Shown here: piece after piece, positions 1 to 10,862 of the stretch
Layout: each line of letters opens with the position of its first letter
Position numbering within the stretch: position 1 is the stretch's first letter
DNA from: a virus
Lineage: Duplodnaviria > Caudoviricetes
Length of the DNA: 63,735 nucleotides
Direction: 5' to 3' (one strand)
IMG/VR virus record: IMGVR_UViG_3300022592_000004
Coordinates: 1-63,735 of that record
The notes under the pieces: model-generated
Databases searched by the model: none
The model's input: the letters and a program-made list of their open reading frames with translations, nothing else
What the model was told of the DNA's origin: nothing
Made by a program: the position numbers and the translations under genes

Positions 1-189
1 GGTTAAGGTGCTGGCGGGATTACTGGGATGGCGGCGGTGCGGGACGTGTGGCCGGTGGACGAGGAATGCGATTGTGTGTTCGGGGTGTTGGGAGGAGTCG
101 AGGACGAAGGCGGGCTGGGGTTGGCTGACGGTTGCGGAAGCGCTGAGGCGCCGCGAGGCTGCAGGGAGGGCGCGAAAGGGATGGAGACC

Positions 190-444
190 ATGAAGGAGCT
201 GAATCCGAACCATCCGGTTACGCGGGAGTTTCACGAGCAGTGGCACAAGGTGTGCGCGTTGGTGATGATAAAGCTCGGGGTGCGCGAGGTTCACATCGAC
301 GAAGACGACATTCGGCGCCTGGCCGATGAGCCCGGCGGTTGCAACATCACGATGCGAGTCCGGAACGAGGTGATCATTCTGAAGTTGGTGGATGATGCGG
401 AGGCGGAGCGCCTGGCGCGTGAAGAGGGGGGACTGCCATCGTGA
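190..444 (+). CDS. hypothetical phage protein
   Basis: ATG at 190 after GGAG; stop overlaps next start. Confidence 0.6.
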   Translation: MKELNPNHPVTREFHEQWHKVCALVMIKLGVREVHIDEDDIRRLADEPGGCNITMRVRNEVIILKLVDDAEAERLAREEGGLPS

Positions 445-656
445 GCGAGCTTGACGGGAGGGGCCGGTGCTGCAAGATAAAGCCGCTGGTGTACAAGCGA
501 CCGCCGATCACAGGGGAGCCGCCGCAGAGGTATTGCTGGAGATGCGACCGGGCGTATGACCTGGATACTGGAGCGCAGATACCGAACTGGGCCTGGATGC
601 AGATTGGCGAGGTTTTCGTGAGAAGAGGGAGCTACGGCTGGGCGAGGTTTTCGTGA
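441..656 (+). CDS. small Cys-rich hypothetical protein
   Basis: CC and CWRC motifs; coupled to upstream gene. Confidence 0.5.
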   Translation: MSELDGRGRCCKIKPLVYKRPPITGEPPQRYCWRCDRAYDLDTGAQIPNWAWMQIGEVFVRRGSYGWARFS

Positions 657-674
657 GAAGAGGGAGCCACGGCT
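606..674. repeat. 34-bp direct tandem repeat, period 35, one mismatch
   Basis: GGCGAGGTTTTCGTGAGAAGAGGGAGCYACGGCT at 606-639 and 641-674. Confidence 0.9.
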
Positions 675-675
675 T

Positions 676-870
676 ATGAGCAACCTCTCCGAAGAGATTC
701 TGAAGGGTATCACCGCTGCCATGGGTGGCACGAGGGAAGGGACCGTCTTCAAGGTATCCATCGACCAGGATGCCAAGTGCAAAAGATGCGGCAAAGGATG
801 GGCGGCAGAATCAGGCTACTGCATGAAATGCATAAATAAGGCGCTCAAACTTATGAAGGGGAAACGATGA
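676..870 (+). CDS. small zinc-finger protein
   Basis: CKRC...CMKC; GGGAG RBS upstream. Confidence 0.6.
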   Translation: MSNLSEEILKGITAAMGGTREGTVFKVSIDQDAKCKRCGKGWAAESGYCMKCINKALKLMKGKR

Positions 871-2171
871 GCGGCGGGGACTGGAGAACGATCACGATTG
901 GTCGGGTGGAGACAGAAACCATGAGCGAGGAGCTGAAGAAGTGCCCATTTTGCGGCGGCCCGGCCTATTACACCGAGAGTGTGAACGGATCGCTGATAGT
1001 TACCGTCGGTTGTGATCGATGCGGCGTCCACGTAAAGGCCGTGAAGGATGGTTACGGCGAGAATCCCCGGATCAGCAAGGATATTGTGGCGGTGTGGAAT
1101 TCGCGAGCTGAGGTCGAGAGACTGCAAAAGTGGATCGGGGATCTGCAGTCGGGGATGTACGTCAACTGCGTGTATTGCGGATACCAGTATGGGCCGAAGG
1201 AAACGACGCCGGTTACGATGGCCGATGCGCTGAAAGCGCACATCGAGGTGTGCGAGAAGCACCCCATGAGTGCGCTGAGACAAGAGACCGAGAGGCTGAA
1301 AAGCGCGTTACAGGCGATAAAAAAGCACGCCCTGCATCCCTGGGAGACTACACACCCGCCTTATCTGTACCAAGCCGCGCTGCGAACGATTGCGATAGCT
1401 GTCGACGAGATCCTGGACCGTTCCAAGGGGAACCTAGCCGGAGAGGTATGCGGGAAGCAATCCATGAGCGCCCTGAAGCGGGAGTTCGAGGAGGCCCGTA
1501 AGAACCTGGAGATCATGGACTCTATGGCGGCCGACAAGAACCGGCTGACGCTTGAGCTTGCCGAGGCTCGGAAGTCCCTGGTGAACCTGATTCAGGAACT
1601 TGAAGACGAATATTCAGCCGATAGAGACATCATTGCGACATCGGCAAAGGTCCAGGAGGAGAACGACCATCTCCGCGGTGATCTCGAACAGCTCGAGAAG
1701 AAGTCAGCCTGCTACAGGGCGATATTGGAGGCGCTGGAATTCCCCCGCCTCGACGATTATTCCGACCCGGAATTTGCCAGGATGATTGGAAAGAAAACGC
1801 TCCAGGTGATCCAGGACAAGGATGCCACGATAGGCGTCCTGACTGCAGCTGTCGACACCCGAACCAGAGACAAAGAGACACTCCAGGAAGAGCTTGAGCA
1901 GCTGAAGCGCGATACCCGGGAGGTCTGCATCTGCGCCGCCGTCCGGTTGCCTGGGGGCTGCATTACCAGGGGGCATCGCCACGAAGACTGTTTCCAAAGG
2001 ATGCTGGATCGGAAGATAGATCGAACCGACAGCGTGCAGGGATTTATCACCTCGCGCAACAGATTTGTGGATCGTGCGGCAGGCCGGCGCCTGCAGGATG
2101 CGGCCGGCCTGACGAGCGCGGATCCGGAAGGATACGAACCAGGCACGTTGCTCAGCGAGGATCTATATTGA
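867..2171 (+). CDS. mosaic protein: Lar-like zinc ribbon, coiled coil and C-terminal phage domain
   Basis: ELKKCPFCGG...CDRCG...WNSR is typical of Lar-family N-termini; long heptad region. Confidence 0.65.
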   Translation: MSGGDWRTITIGRVETETMSEELKKCPFCGGPAYYTESVNGSLIVTVGCDRCGVHVKAVKDGYGENPRISKDIVAVWNSRAEVERLQKWIGDLQSGMYVNCVYCGYQYGPKETTPVTMADALKAHIEVCEKHPMSALRQETERLKSALQAIKKHALHPWETTHPPYLYQAALRTIAIAVDEILDRSKGNLAGEVCGKQSMSALKREFEEARKNLEIMDSMAADKNRLTLELAEARKSLVNLIQELEDEYSADRDIIATSAKVQEENDHLRGDLEQLEKKSACYRAILEALEFPRLDDYSDPEFARMIGKKTLQVIQDKDATIGVLTAAVDTRTRDKETLQEELEQLKRDTREVCICAAVRLPGGCITRGHRHEDCFQRMLDRKIDRTDSVQGFITSRNRFVDRAAGRRLQDAAGLTSADPEGYEPGTLLSEDLY

Positions 2172-2267
2172 CACCCGCGATAAGTAGGTTGATTTCGTGT
2201 CTCGTATTGATGGGCCTGGCGGTCGGGTTTGGGTGGGTGCTTGGCCGGTTTATGAGGAGGTAGGGTC

Positions 2268-2741
2268 ATGGCGCTGTTCATGGAAACGACGAAGATTTCG
2301 GCAAAGAGCACGGCTCAGGAGATCGCGACGATCCTGGCGGAGGCCGGTGCCACGGCCGTTCTGACGGAATACGATAGGGACCGGAAGATCTGCGGACTCG
2401 CGTTCAGGCTAATGGTGGGGGAAAAGCAGGTTCCCTTCACTCTGCCGGCGCGGATACCTCCGGTGTTCACATATCTGCAGAAGAAGCGGCCGGCGAAATG
2501 GCGCGTCAAGAGGGCCCAGGCGGATCTGGAGCAGGCTGAGCGGGTAGCGTGGCGGCAGTTGTATCGCTGGATCCTTGCGCAACTGGCGATGATCGACACC
2601 GGCATGGTCGCCGCGCAGGAGGTTTTCCTTCCGTACCTGCAGACCGGGCCGAAAGAGACGCTATACGATCGGATGACGGCAGGGGGGCGCCTGGCGCTGC
2701 CGTCCATAGGGCAAGCCGACGGGCACCTGGAGGATCGATGA
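2268..2741 (+). CDS. conserved-type phage hypothetical protein
   Basis: GAGGAG RBS; AERVAWRQLYRWILAQLA and EVFLPY motifs. Confidence 0.7.
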   Translation: MALFMETTKISAKSTAQEIATILAEAGATAVLTEYDRDRKICGLAFRLMVGEKQVPFTLPARIPPVFTYLQKKRPAKWRVKRAQADLEQAERVAWRQLYRWILAQLAMIDTGMVAAQEVFLPYLQTGPKETLYDRMTAGGRLALPSIGQADGHLEDR

Positions 2742-2938
2742 AAATCCAGATTCACAACAAGAAGGACCTGATCTGTGCGGAGATTATCATGGCGTGCTTT
2801 CCGGTAGCCCTTGTGGGGTTCGCCGGCTGGGCGCCGCGCCAGGGAATGGTGGTCGCGGTCGCGGTCACGATCGGGTATTGCATCGGTAAGTTCCACGAGG
2901 AACAGATAAGGCGGATGAAAGATGGGAATCGCGGATGA
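2738..2938 (+). CDS. small membrane protein
   Basis: ATGA overlap with upstream gene; two hydrophobic segments. Confidence 0.5.
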   Translation: MKIQIHNKKDLICAEIIMACFPVALVGFAGWAPRQGMVVAVAVTIGYCIGKFHEEQIRRMKDGNRG

Positions 2939-3461
2939 AATAGGCGGTGAGCTCGAGAAGAAGCCGGAGGCCAGGTTCAGGAAACTGCTGGCGGAGGTGG
3001 AGGGCGCCAGGCGTTTCTTCTCCCGGTGGCGCACGGAGGCGGATGAGGTCTCCGAGAGGATGCAGGAGGTCCAGAAGGTCCTCGAGCAAAACATGGAACG
3101 GCTCCAGGAGCAGGCCCAGAGGGTGGGCGAGGCCGAGGATGCCGCGAATGTTCTGGCGCTCCAGATCTCTACGATCGACGAATTCATCAACGAGAACTTC
3201 CGGGACGTCTTTCTCCGGCCGCCATCAGTAAAAAGGGCCACGGATGATCCGGGACAGGCCACCGATGAGAAGCCGACTGACTCGGCTCCCGAGGGTGCCT
3301 TTACTCCAAGCAAGCGCGATCGAGATGCGCTCATGGGGAAGACACCGCAGACGACCGCGGATAAGACGCTTTACCTGCTCGGGGAGCTGAAGAAGATCCG
3401 GGATAGGTTCGGAGGCAGCTTCGTGGAAAAGATGAATCGTATGGTTGGAGGCCAGGAATGA
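2922..3461 (+). CDS. coiled-coil hypothetical protein
   Basis: 179 aa ORF in a tightly packed operon. Confidence 0.6.
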   Translation: MGIADEIGGELEKKPEARFRKLLAEVEGARRFFSRWRTEADEVSERMQEVQKVLEQNMERLQEQAQRVGEAEDAANVLALQISTIDEFINENFRDVFLRPPSVKRATDDPGQATDEKPTDSAPEGAFTPSKRDRDALMGKTPQTTADKTLYLLGELKKIRDRFGGSFVEKMNRMVGGQE

Positions 3462-4132
3462 GCAAATGCACTTTGTGTGGAACCATAGGAGAGACAACCC
3501 GGGTGGCAGACGATGAGTTCTGTGCGCGTTGCGTCGAACAATTCAAACCGTCACCTGTAGCGTTATCAGGAAAACCCGGTGAGCAGTTTATTTGGGAACC
3601 AAAGGATGAGGCCGATCTCAAGGACTCGTGGGATTTAGCGCACGGCCGAAACGATGCCAAACAGAAACTGAAGGAGTCCGGCCGATGTGAAATGAAGGAG
3701 CAGTTTAAGACCAAGGCATTTGACGGAAACTCACTGCTTCAGAACTTCTTTGGAGTGAACACGGAGAAGGCTGTTGCCTGGCTTACCCACGGCACAATCG
3801 ACAGAACCTTCCACACCCATGGAGATTTCGGGTGCGACATACTGAGTCCTTGGGGCCCGATCCAAGCCAAGGGAAGATCGAATCCCAAGGGAACTCTCTG
3901 GTTTGAGACGATGGAGCAGTTCCGCACCCCGTATGCAATTCAAGGGGTCCCTGTCATGCCAAATCCGGACTACGCACACATCCGCATTACCGGCTGGATC
4001 ACCCGGGAGGAGTTCGACAGGATAAAACACCCGGATGATTACGGATTCGGCCCCAGGGTGGCTGTATATCAGGTGGAACTCCATCCGATGCGGGAATTCT
4101 TTGAGCTTCCAAAGCTGGGAGGAAAAAAATGA
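3458..4132 (+). CDS. hypothetical protein, possible PD-(D/E)xK nuclease-like fold
   Basis: N-terminal CxxC...CxxC; GDFGCDI...IQAKG resembles a restriction-endonuclease-like core. Confidence 0.45.
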   Translation: MSKCTLCGTIGETTRVADDEFCARCVEQFKPSPVALSGKPGEQFIWEPKDEADLKDSWDLAHGRNDAKQKLKESGRCEMKEQFKTKAFDGNSLLQNFFGVNTEKAVAWLTHGTIDRTFHTHGDFGCDILSPWGPIQAKGRSNPKGTLWFETMEQFRTPYAIQGVPVMPNPDYAHIRITGWITREEFDRIKHPDDYGFGPRVAVYQVELHPMREFFELPKLGGKK

Positions 4133-6861
4133 CAGCAGGAGCGGCAAAATATGGGAGCAGCCGCTTTGGAGTTGTAAGTTCGGGCCCGGACAGGAAGAAG
4201 CTCGAGTATTACATGGCCGATTTTATACAGATCGATGCCAGCGGAAACCTGCTCCTTTGGGGACACACGGAAGATCGGCCGAAAACCCCTCTTCTCATGG
4301 TGGCCATATGGGTCGGTGCTTGGGTCGAAGTGTTTGCCGCCGGCCTCCTCGAGGGCGAACGACTCAACAAGGATTGAGAAATGAAAACAGTAATCGTTCG
4401 AGGAGCCCTGGGAACGAGCTATCGGCACTTCTTCATGCTGCCTGGTGGGCCAGAAACCTGTGATCACGAGTGGAAATACATGATCATGAAACACGGGATC
4501 CGGAGATATGCCTACTGCAAGAGGACCGAGACGATGTTCGTGAGCCCGATGTTCCGCGAGGACAAGAAGTAATGGCCAACAACCGGATGTACCTCGTATG
4601 CACGCAGTGCCTGCAGACTCCCGACGTCCCGTGGGAAGACTGCCATCTATATCTGGCTAAATATTACCCGCACCAAGGCTGGTATTTCAACCGGGATCCC
4701 GGGAAAACCGAAACAGAGCTCGGCAAGTTCCTGGAGACTCACTCCCATAAGAGCCTGTTTGGCCAGGATTTCGCGGTCGTCTATGACACGATGATCCCCG
4801 GATTCCCCAAAGAGAAGTCAGACATACTACGGAAGGTCAGCAAATCTCTCTCGGAGAGGAAGTGATGTCGGCCATGGACCCCATAATCGATCTTTGCGGG
4901 GCGCTCGTTGGGATCATCCTCCTTGGGCAGATCGCCTACCTCGTTGGTCGCATGATGGTGTCGCTCTATCGGTTCGTTCGATATCGCCAGGGAAATCATC
5001 TGGCGGGATCCAGATGGACCTTTGAGGAATAGGACATGCATCTAAAACTTGTGGAACCTCTGAAGAACCTCCTGCGGCGGCAGCCGATAAACGAGATGGC
5101 AGTCGCGAAGCTCGAGCCAGGAGATTACATCATCGTCGTAAACAAAGGACAATTTGCCCGCAGCTCGACGGAGGTGCTCAGGGGACTACTGGAGCACCGA
5201 GGGATCACCGCGATCATGGTGCCCGCCGAGAACGTCGATCTGGCTCTCCGGATCTACCGGGTCGAGGGCGATCCCGACGAGCTTGTTAGGATCCAGGCGG
5301 AGATTGAGGCGAGGAAGAAGGGTTCTGGAGCTACATGGCTTGACCGCCTGTTTATCAGATCACGCAGCAACAAAGAAGGGAGTGAAAAATGATCCATATT
5401 TTAGTAAAGAAAGTCAAGAACAAGAAGGGCCGTCCGGTGTCAGGCGCGGTTACGGTCCACGGAATCACGGAGGACATTGTTGAAGCTGGACGCTGGGTCG
5501 ATTGGGCCGGCGGCCAACTCATCACGGCTGATGTGAAAGACAAGGCCAATCCATCAAAGGCACTCTTGACATCCGATGAGGTTGGGGTGCCGATGGAAGA
5601 AAAACAGGGATAAAACATGGAAAATGAACCTCCAAACAACGAACCGGGTCCAGTCCCAGGCATCAGCCACTCGCAACCCATAATGGCCAGGCTTGCCAAC
5701 CTGCTGGTCCAGGAATACGAAGACATAGTCGCTCAGCTCAATAAGATGCAATCTGTGGCTCACTATAACCACAAGACTGGTCTGCAGTGGAAGGAATTAG
5801 CCGAACATGAAACCGAAAGGCGCCGTCAGGCCCTGGTGAGCCTGGAATTCGAGACAGCCAAGGTATCTGCCGTGACGGCCGATATTGAGAAGCTGATGAA
5901 TAAGCTCCAGCGGATGACAGACGGCTGGGCGAAGGCCGAGGAAGAGAAAAAGGTTCTCCAGGAGGAGAAGCATCACCTCGCTGTTTGGCTTGAAGTGGCT
6001 CGGAGCCGCGAGCAGCAGTTAGAGAAGGACCTGCTTGTCGCGTCACAGCGCGTGGTTGAGAAAGAGGATCAACTCACCGTGGCACGGCAGCAATTATTGG
6101 CCCAGGGCATAGAGATTGGGGATAGGGACCTTCGAATCGCCAAGCTCGAGGGGCATGAGGATAAAACGTCATAGATTATCCGGGGCCCCAGGTTTGGGGT
6201 TGGCGGCTGGGGTCGTGTGGGGCAACCCCCATGGTCAACGCATGCGGCCCGCCAGGCAGACGCCGGCACGGCCTCGACAGGCCGGGCCCCGGACACTGAG
6301 AGAGGAAAAGAGGATGACAGGATCCATAATATTTGGCGGCATCGTCATTTGTGCGATCGTCATGCTGTTCATCGGGATGGACTGGTGGCACCCTCGCCGG
6401 ATGAAATCTCCGGTCGGGGAATTGCGAGCCAGAACCGGGGCGAACTTCATCGAGGTTAACGAAGAGAAGATGAATGAAACGCTCATTCTTTTTTCTTACT
6501 ACAGGTGTGCGCGTCTAGTGGACGGCAACGGGGGAAGAATGTATCATCCCTTGATCTACGATCAGTTAGATAGGCAGATCCAGGAGTTAGAAGCCAAACT
6601 CGTGAGGGAAAAGATCCTGGCGATCCTCGATATCAGCGCCCTCATCGAATCGTCCAAACACCAGGTAAAATAATGAAGAGGGTTTGGAAGAAAGTCGCCG
6701 TCTCGCCGGAGGTCGCCAAGATCTGGGTGTGCAGATTCTGTGGGTTCGAATGCTATCAGAGTTGCGGTTGGTGGCGCGAGGCGAGACGCAGCAGGCAGGA
6801 TATTGATCTGATCTATCGATTCTGGGCAGGGCGTCCTGCTCCCAAGGGGGTATCTGACTGA
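4129..6861 (+). CDS. run of small hypothetical genes (4129-4377, 4381-4572, 4572-4865, 5036-5392, 5389-5613, 5617-6174, 6314-6673, 6673-6861)
   Basis: abutting or overlapping start/stop codons; no recognisable domains. Confidence 0.55.
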
Positions 6862-7409
6862 TGAAATATCATCCGATTATTTTCATCGGTCCGATGGTCC
6901 GCGCGATCCAAGAGGGACGGAAGACGCAGACACGGCGGATCGTGAAGCCGCAACCGGGCGCCGGAGTGCGCATAAGCGTGTTCGCCCCATCTGGTCTGGA
7001 AGATGGCCACGGCAGGAAAATAAAGCTAAAATATTGCGTCGGAGATCGCCTCTGGATTCGTGAGTGCTTCGCCCGCCGCATGGGTGGTTTCTACTACCGG
7101 GCCGACGCGAACCTCGCTGGGATTACATGGAAGCCTTCCATCCACATGCCGCGTTGCGCCTCGCGTATCACCCTGGAGGTCACGGCCATCAGACTGCAGC
7201 GGGTGCAGGAGATCAGCGAGGAGGATGCGATCGCAGAAGGCGTACAGCACGGAAACGTAGCGGGTCAGGATGTCGATATCGACGGCGATGTTTGGAACGG
7301 AGCCTATCGCAAGGCTTTCTCAATTCTATGGGACCAGATCAACGGTGCTCGCGCTTCATGGTCAGATAATCCATGGGTTTGGGCAATCACTTTCAGGAGG
7401 CTTGAATGA
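6861..7409 (+). CDS. ASCH/PUA-like phage protein
   Basis: MVRAIQEGRKTQTRR, GDRLWIRE, WKPSIHMPR, ISEEDAIAEG and NPWVWAITF motifs. Confidence 0.8.
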   Translation: MKYHPIIFIGPMVRAIQEGRKTQTRRIVKPQPGAGVRISVFAPSGLEDGHGRKIKLKYCVGDRLWIRECFARRMGGFYYRADANLAGITWKPSIHMPRCASRITLEVTAIRLQRVQEISEEDAIAEGVQHGNVAGQDVDIDGDVWNGAYRKAFSILWDQINGARASWSDNPWVWAITFRRLE

Positions 7410-7528
7410 AGCCGATATACGGGAAAAAGCATTGGAGAGACAGACTCACCGAGACGCAGCCCAAGTCCTGGACCAAAGAATTCGAGAAAATGATGAAACG
7501 CCTCCGCGAATGGATGGAGACCAGGTGA
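7406..7528 (+). CDS. 40-aa hypothetical peptide
   Basis: MKPIYGKKHW...WMETR; coupled at both ends. Confidence 0.45.
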   Translation: MKPIYGKKHWRDRLTETQPKSWTKEFEKMMKRLREWMETR

Positions 7529-7556
7529 GTGCTGATCCAGTGTGATGCCCGATGGC

Positions 7557-8024
7557 TTATTTCTTCCTTGGTTTTTTGTTCAGCTGGAGGGATCGAAATT
7601 CTGCGAATAAAACATCTGCCTTTATTCCAAACTCCACGGGCAACGGGAGGAAATGGGGCGCTCCGTGATGCTTCCGAGAGGGGCTGTATGATCGACGGAG
7701 CGCATCCAACTCTAGGCAGATTTCTACCTGGCGCTGCTTTCCCTGTACATAAGGAAGGGCAAGCCTTAGAAGATTCAGTGCCTCTTGCTGGCATAACCTC
7801 AAACGATAATAAGCCGAGCGGCGGCCATGCGATCGCGTATAGAGCCGTTTGGCTCTCGGAAGTAGAGAATTTACAAAATCGATCGTCTTTTTGTCCACCA
7901 TCGTCAATTCGTAGCGGATTACATAGGCTGGAGTCCTTCTCCGGGGGCCTGTATCGCGCTGAATGCCAACATGGCTCTCTGCATCAATCATTGCGGCAAG
8001 ATATCCAAGATGCCATTGTTTCAT
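7557..8024 (-). CDS. LAGLIDADG homing endonuclease (single motif)
   Basis: GYLAAMIDAESHVGI motif and LPYVQGKQRQ; AAAGGA RBS on the minus strand before ATG 8024; only convincing minus-strand gene. Confidence 0.85.
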   Translation of the reverse strand: MKQWHLGYLAAMIDAESHVGIQRDTGPRRRTPAYVIRYELTMVDKKTIDFVNSLLPRAKRLYTRSHGRRSAYYRLRLCQQEALNLLRLALPYVQGKQRQVEICLELDALRRSYSPSRKHHGAPHFLPLPVEFGIKADVLFAEFRSLQLNKKPRKK

Positions 8025-8070
8025 CGGAGTATCCTTTGCGTTGTCACCGTGCACACACACAGGAATATAA

Positions 8071-9131
8071 ATGTTAATCCAATCGGATGCAAGGGATATC
8101 CCGCTCAGATCAGAATGCGTTCAGCTGGTTGTTACGTCACCTCCCTACTGGGCCTTGAGAGTTTATCCGCACAAAGATCAGATCGGTCTCGAGCGGACGC
8201 CGCAGGAGTATGTGGCCGAGCTCGTGAAAGTCTTCCGCGAAGTCCGACGCGTTCTCCGGCCGGACGGAGTGCTTTTCATGTGCCTCGGCGACACCTACGC
8301 CACCGGCGCCGGCAAGGTGGGCGGCAGGCCGGGTGGCGGCCCTCGCGGGGAGAAGTGGCGCGGAGCGGGCCCTTACGATCAGGATCGCAAGAAGCGCTGT
8401 CCGCGGGGCCCCATGACCTCGCCGAATCGGATGCCGTTGCCCGGGCTGAAGCCGAAAGACCTAATAGGCATCCCCTGGCGCGCAGCATTGGCGCTTCAGG
8501 AAGACGGATGGTGGTTGCGTAGCGATATAATCTGGGAGAAGCCGAACCCGATCCCGGAGAGCGCCAAGGACAGAGTCTGCAGATCGCACGACTACATCTT
8601 CATGCTGTCAAAGTCCCGCCACTATTATTGGAACCGGGACGCCGTCAGAGAACCCCTGAGCGACGGGCCTCTTGGCGGCCGGCAGATGGCGGAAATGAGC
8701 GGCAAAACCGCAGCGCCGCGGAGAAAGGATTATCACGATGGCCGACTCGACAGATTCAGCGCTGGCAACGTGCCCAAGAAGCCGCCACTCGTCGGAGCTC
8801 ACGGCAGTCTTGCGCAGGACGGACAGGGAATGCGCATGCCCGGGAAATGGACAGCGCCAGGCGGCAGAAACGTGCGATCCGTGTGGACGATCGCCACGGA
8901 GCAGTATGGCGGAATCACTTTGCCGTGTTCCCTCGTCGACTCGCGGAGCGCTGCATTCTCCTCGCGAGCCGTCCTGGTGACCTGGTATTCGATCCCTTCG
9001 TGGGCTCCGGCACTACCGTGATGGCGGCGCAGAACCTCGGGCGCCGCGGGTGTGGCAGCGATTTAGCCTACCACGATCTGAGTCGCGAGAGGATCAACGG
9101 ACCTTTGTTTGCGGCGACGGTGAACCAATGA
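8071..9131 (+). pseudogene. N4-C/N6-A DNA methyltransferase (beta class) split by a frameshift near 8911
   Basis: VVTSPPYW, KDLIGIPW and IIWEKPNP in one frame; HFAVFP and FDPFVGSGTT in another frame. Confidence 0.85.
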
Positions 9132-9514
9132 AGAAGATCTTTGACATGGGACGAAACATGACCATCGACCAGATAAATGTGAAAATAGACGACATCGCCG
9201 AGCGGGCCAATAAGAAGGTCGACGACCTTATCCAGAGGACGTTCGAAACGGCCTACAAAGATCTTGACCGCGTCACGGGCATGAACATGGGAGCTGAAGG
9301 CAGTTTTGGCTTCAGCCCCTTCAGGGACCCATCCATTATTATCTGGGAACGCTTGGAGGATGCACAGCATGAGGCCGTGAGAAAGGCCGCGGGCGGGGCG
9401 CCCGGCCCCCCAGGCATCATTGACCTGGGCCGCGGGGACTATCGGGATGCGACGGGAGATGTCGAGCGAGAAGATCGGATGCTAGGGGACGGCCCACCAA
9501 AGGAAAAGGAGTAG
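9128..9514 (+). CDS. hypothetical protein
   Basis: ATGA overlap with the methyltransferase end. Confidence 0.55.
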   Translation: MKKIFDMGRNMTIDQINVKIDDIAERANKKVDDLIQRTFETAYKDLDRVTGMNMGAEGSFGFSPFRDPSIIIWERLEDAQHEAVRKAAGGAPGPPGIIDLGRGDYRDATGDVEREDRMLGDGPPKEKE

Positions 9515-9539
9515 AGAAATATCTCGTCGAAAGAATAAT

Positions 9540-9568
9540 TTGCTATACACCGGGCATGTCTCTATGAT
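9540..9568 (+). promoter_or_regulatory. sigma70-type promoter
   Basis: TTGCTA-17-TATGAT in an AT-rich intergenic gap. Confidence 0.6.
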
Positions 9569-9595
9569 ATTACTCTACACGAGAGGAACCAACCC

Positions 9596-10862
9596 ATGGC
9601 AATCAACGGGCAGGAAGTTACTGAGACCGCCGAGCAAGAGCCGCCGGCGAAGACCGAAAAACAAGTCGACGACCTGATGCGCGGGCTGGTTGGAAAGCTG
9701 GTCACGGGTGCATCGTTCAGCTTGGAAGACGGCTTCCTCATCGAAATCGACGACATGATTCGATTTCGTTCCTGCTGCGAGCACACGCTGGTAATGCACA
9801 GGAAGGTTCAATGACCTACAGGCTGGGCGCCCGCGTGCGCCTCAAGGAGATTCATCAGTTCCAGGCGCATTGGAAGAAAAATCGAGAGCGCCTTGGCACG
9901 ATCGTGAGACTGGCTTTGGACCTGAACGGCTGCGATGGTGCCTGCCTGGTGTTGTGGGACGGTAAAATGAGCCTTGACGAATATTATCTTCATGAACTGG
10001 ACCTGGTAGAGGCATGACAGAGGAATTTTTCGCGGCTGAAAAAGTGGTGTGGCAGTTATTCGAGAGAGACCATTTCCGGCATCTCCACCTCACGATTTTC
10101 AGAAAGCAGCGTGCCAATGTCCTTGTGCGGTCGTTTGACCCGTCGGAAAGCGCCCAGATGACATTCTGTACCATGGTTCCACAGTTCTGGGTCGTTCCGA
10201 TCACGGGGATAATGATCACCTGGTGCTACTGCCCGGTCGAAAAAACATTCTTCTACGAGACCAGACATTATGATTCGGATCCGCTGCAGAGGGCTCTTGA
10301 CGAGCGAAGGGACAAGGTGCGCAAATGGACGGCTATGTGAAGATCGGATTTGGGCCCACTGGCACAGAGGAAGACCCCTCTAAAATTCCCTCGAAGCTGA
10401 TGGAGAAGATCGATCTTGCCAGGGAGATGTGCGAGGATTTCGCCGGTATCATGTCCAAGGCCGGGTTCTTTGTTTTCATGCAAGTCGTTGCGGCACAGGA
10501 GTGCCCCGACGGTTTGGCGGTGTTTTTCAACAAGATCGTAAGGCCGGATCAGGCAGCAGTGCTCCTGGATAAAATATCGAATGGTTCAGGCGCGATAAGA
10601 AAAAGATTTGGGGTACAAGACGGTAATGAGCGAAAACCCAGCTGATCGGATCACCCTGGAACGGAAGGTGGAGACGCTCGTTGACCAACTGGCGGGGTTC
10701 GACGAGAGGATACACCGGATCGAAAGCAAAGTTGAGGAGATCATTGACTGGATGAACAAGTTGTTCAAACAGGTCAATCCGATCGTCATCGAGTATACAA
10801 AAAACAAAGCCCTTTATGGGAATGGGACAGGAAATCCTCCACCAAGACAGGAGAAACCGTGA
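9596..10862 (+). CDS. run of small hypothetical genes (9596-9814, 9811-10017, 10014-10340, 10325-10645, 10626-10862)
   Basis: overlapping start/stop codons and RBSs. Confidence 0.55.

Noticed and set aside
2168-2200. Promoter at TTGACA 2168
   Set aside because: No TANNNT at either 9 or 16-18 nt spacing.
7529-8077. Group I intron or intein around the LAGLIDADG gene
   Set aside because: The insert is almost entirely endonuclease ORF on the opposite strand with no room for a ribozyme core, and the duplicated start makes splicing unnecessary.
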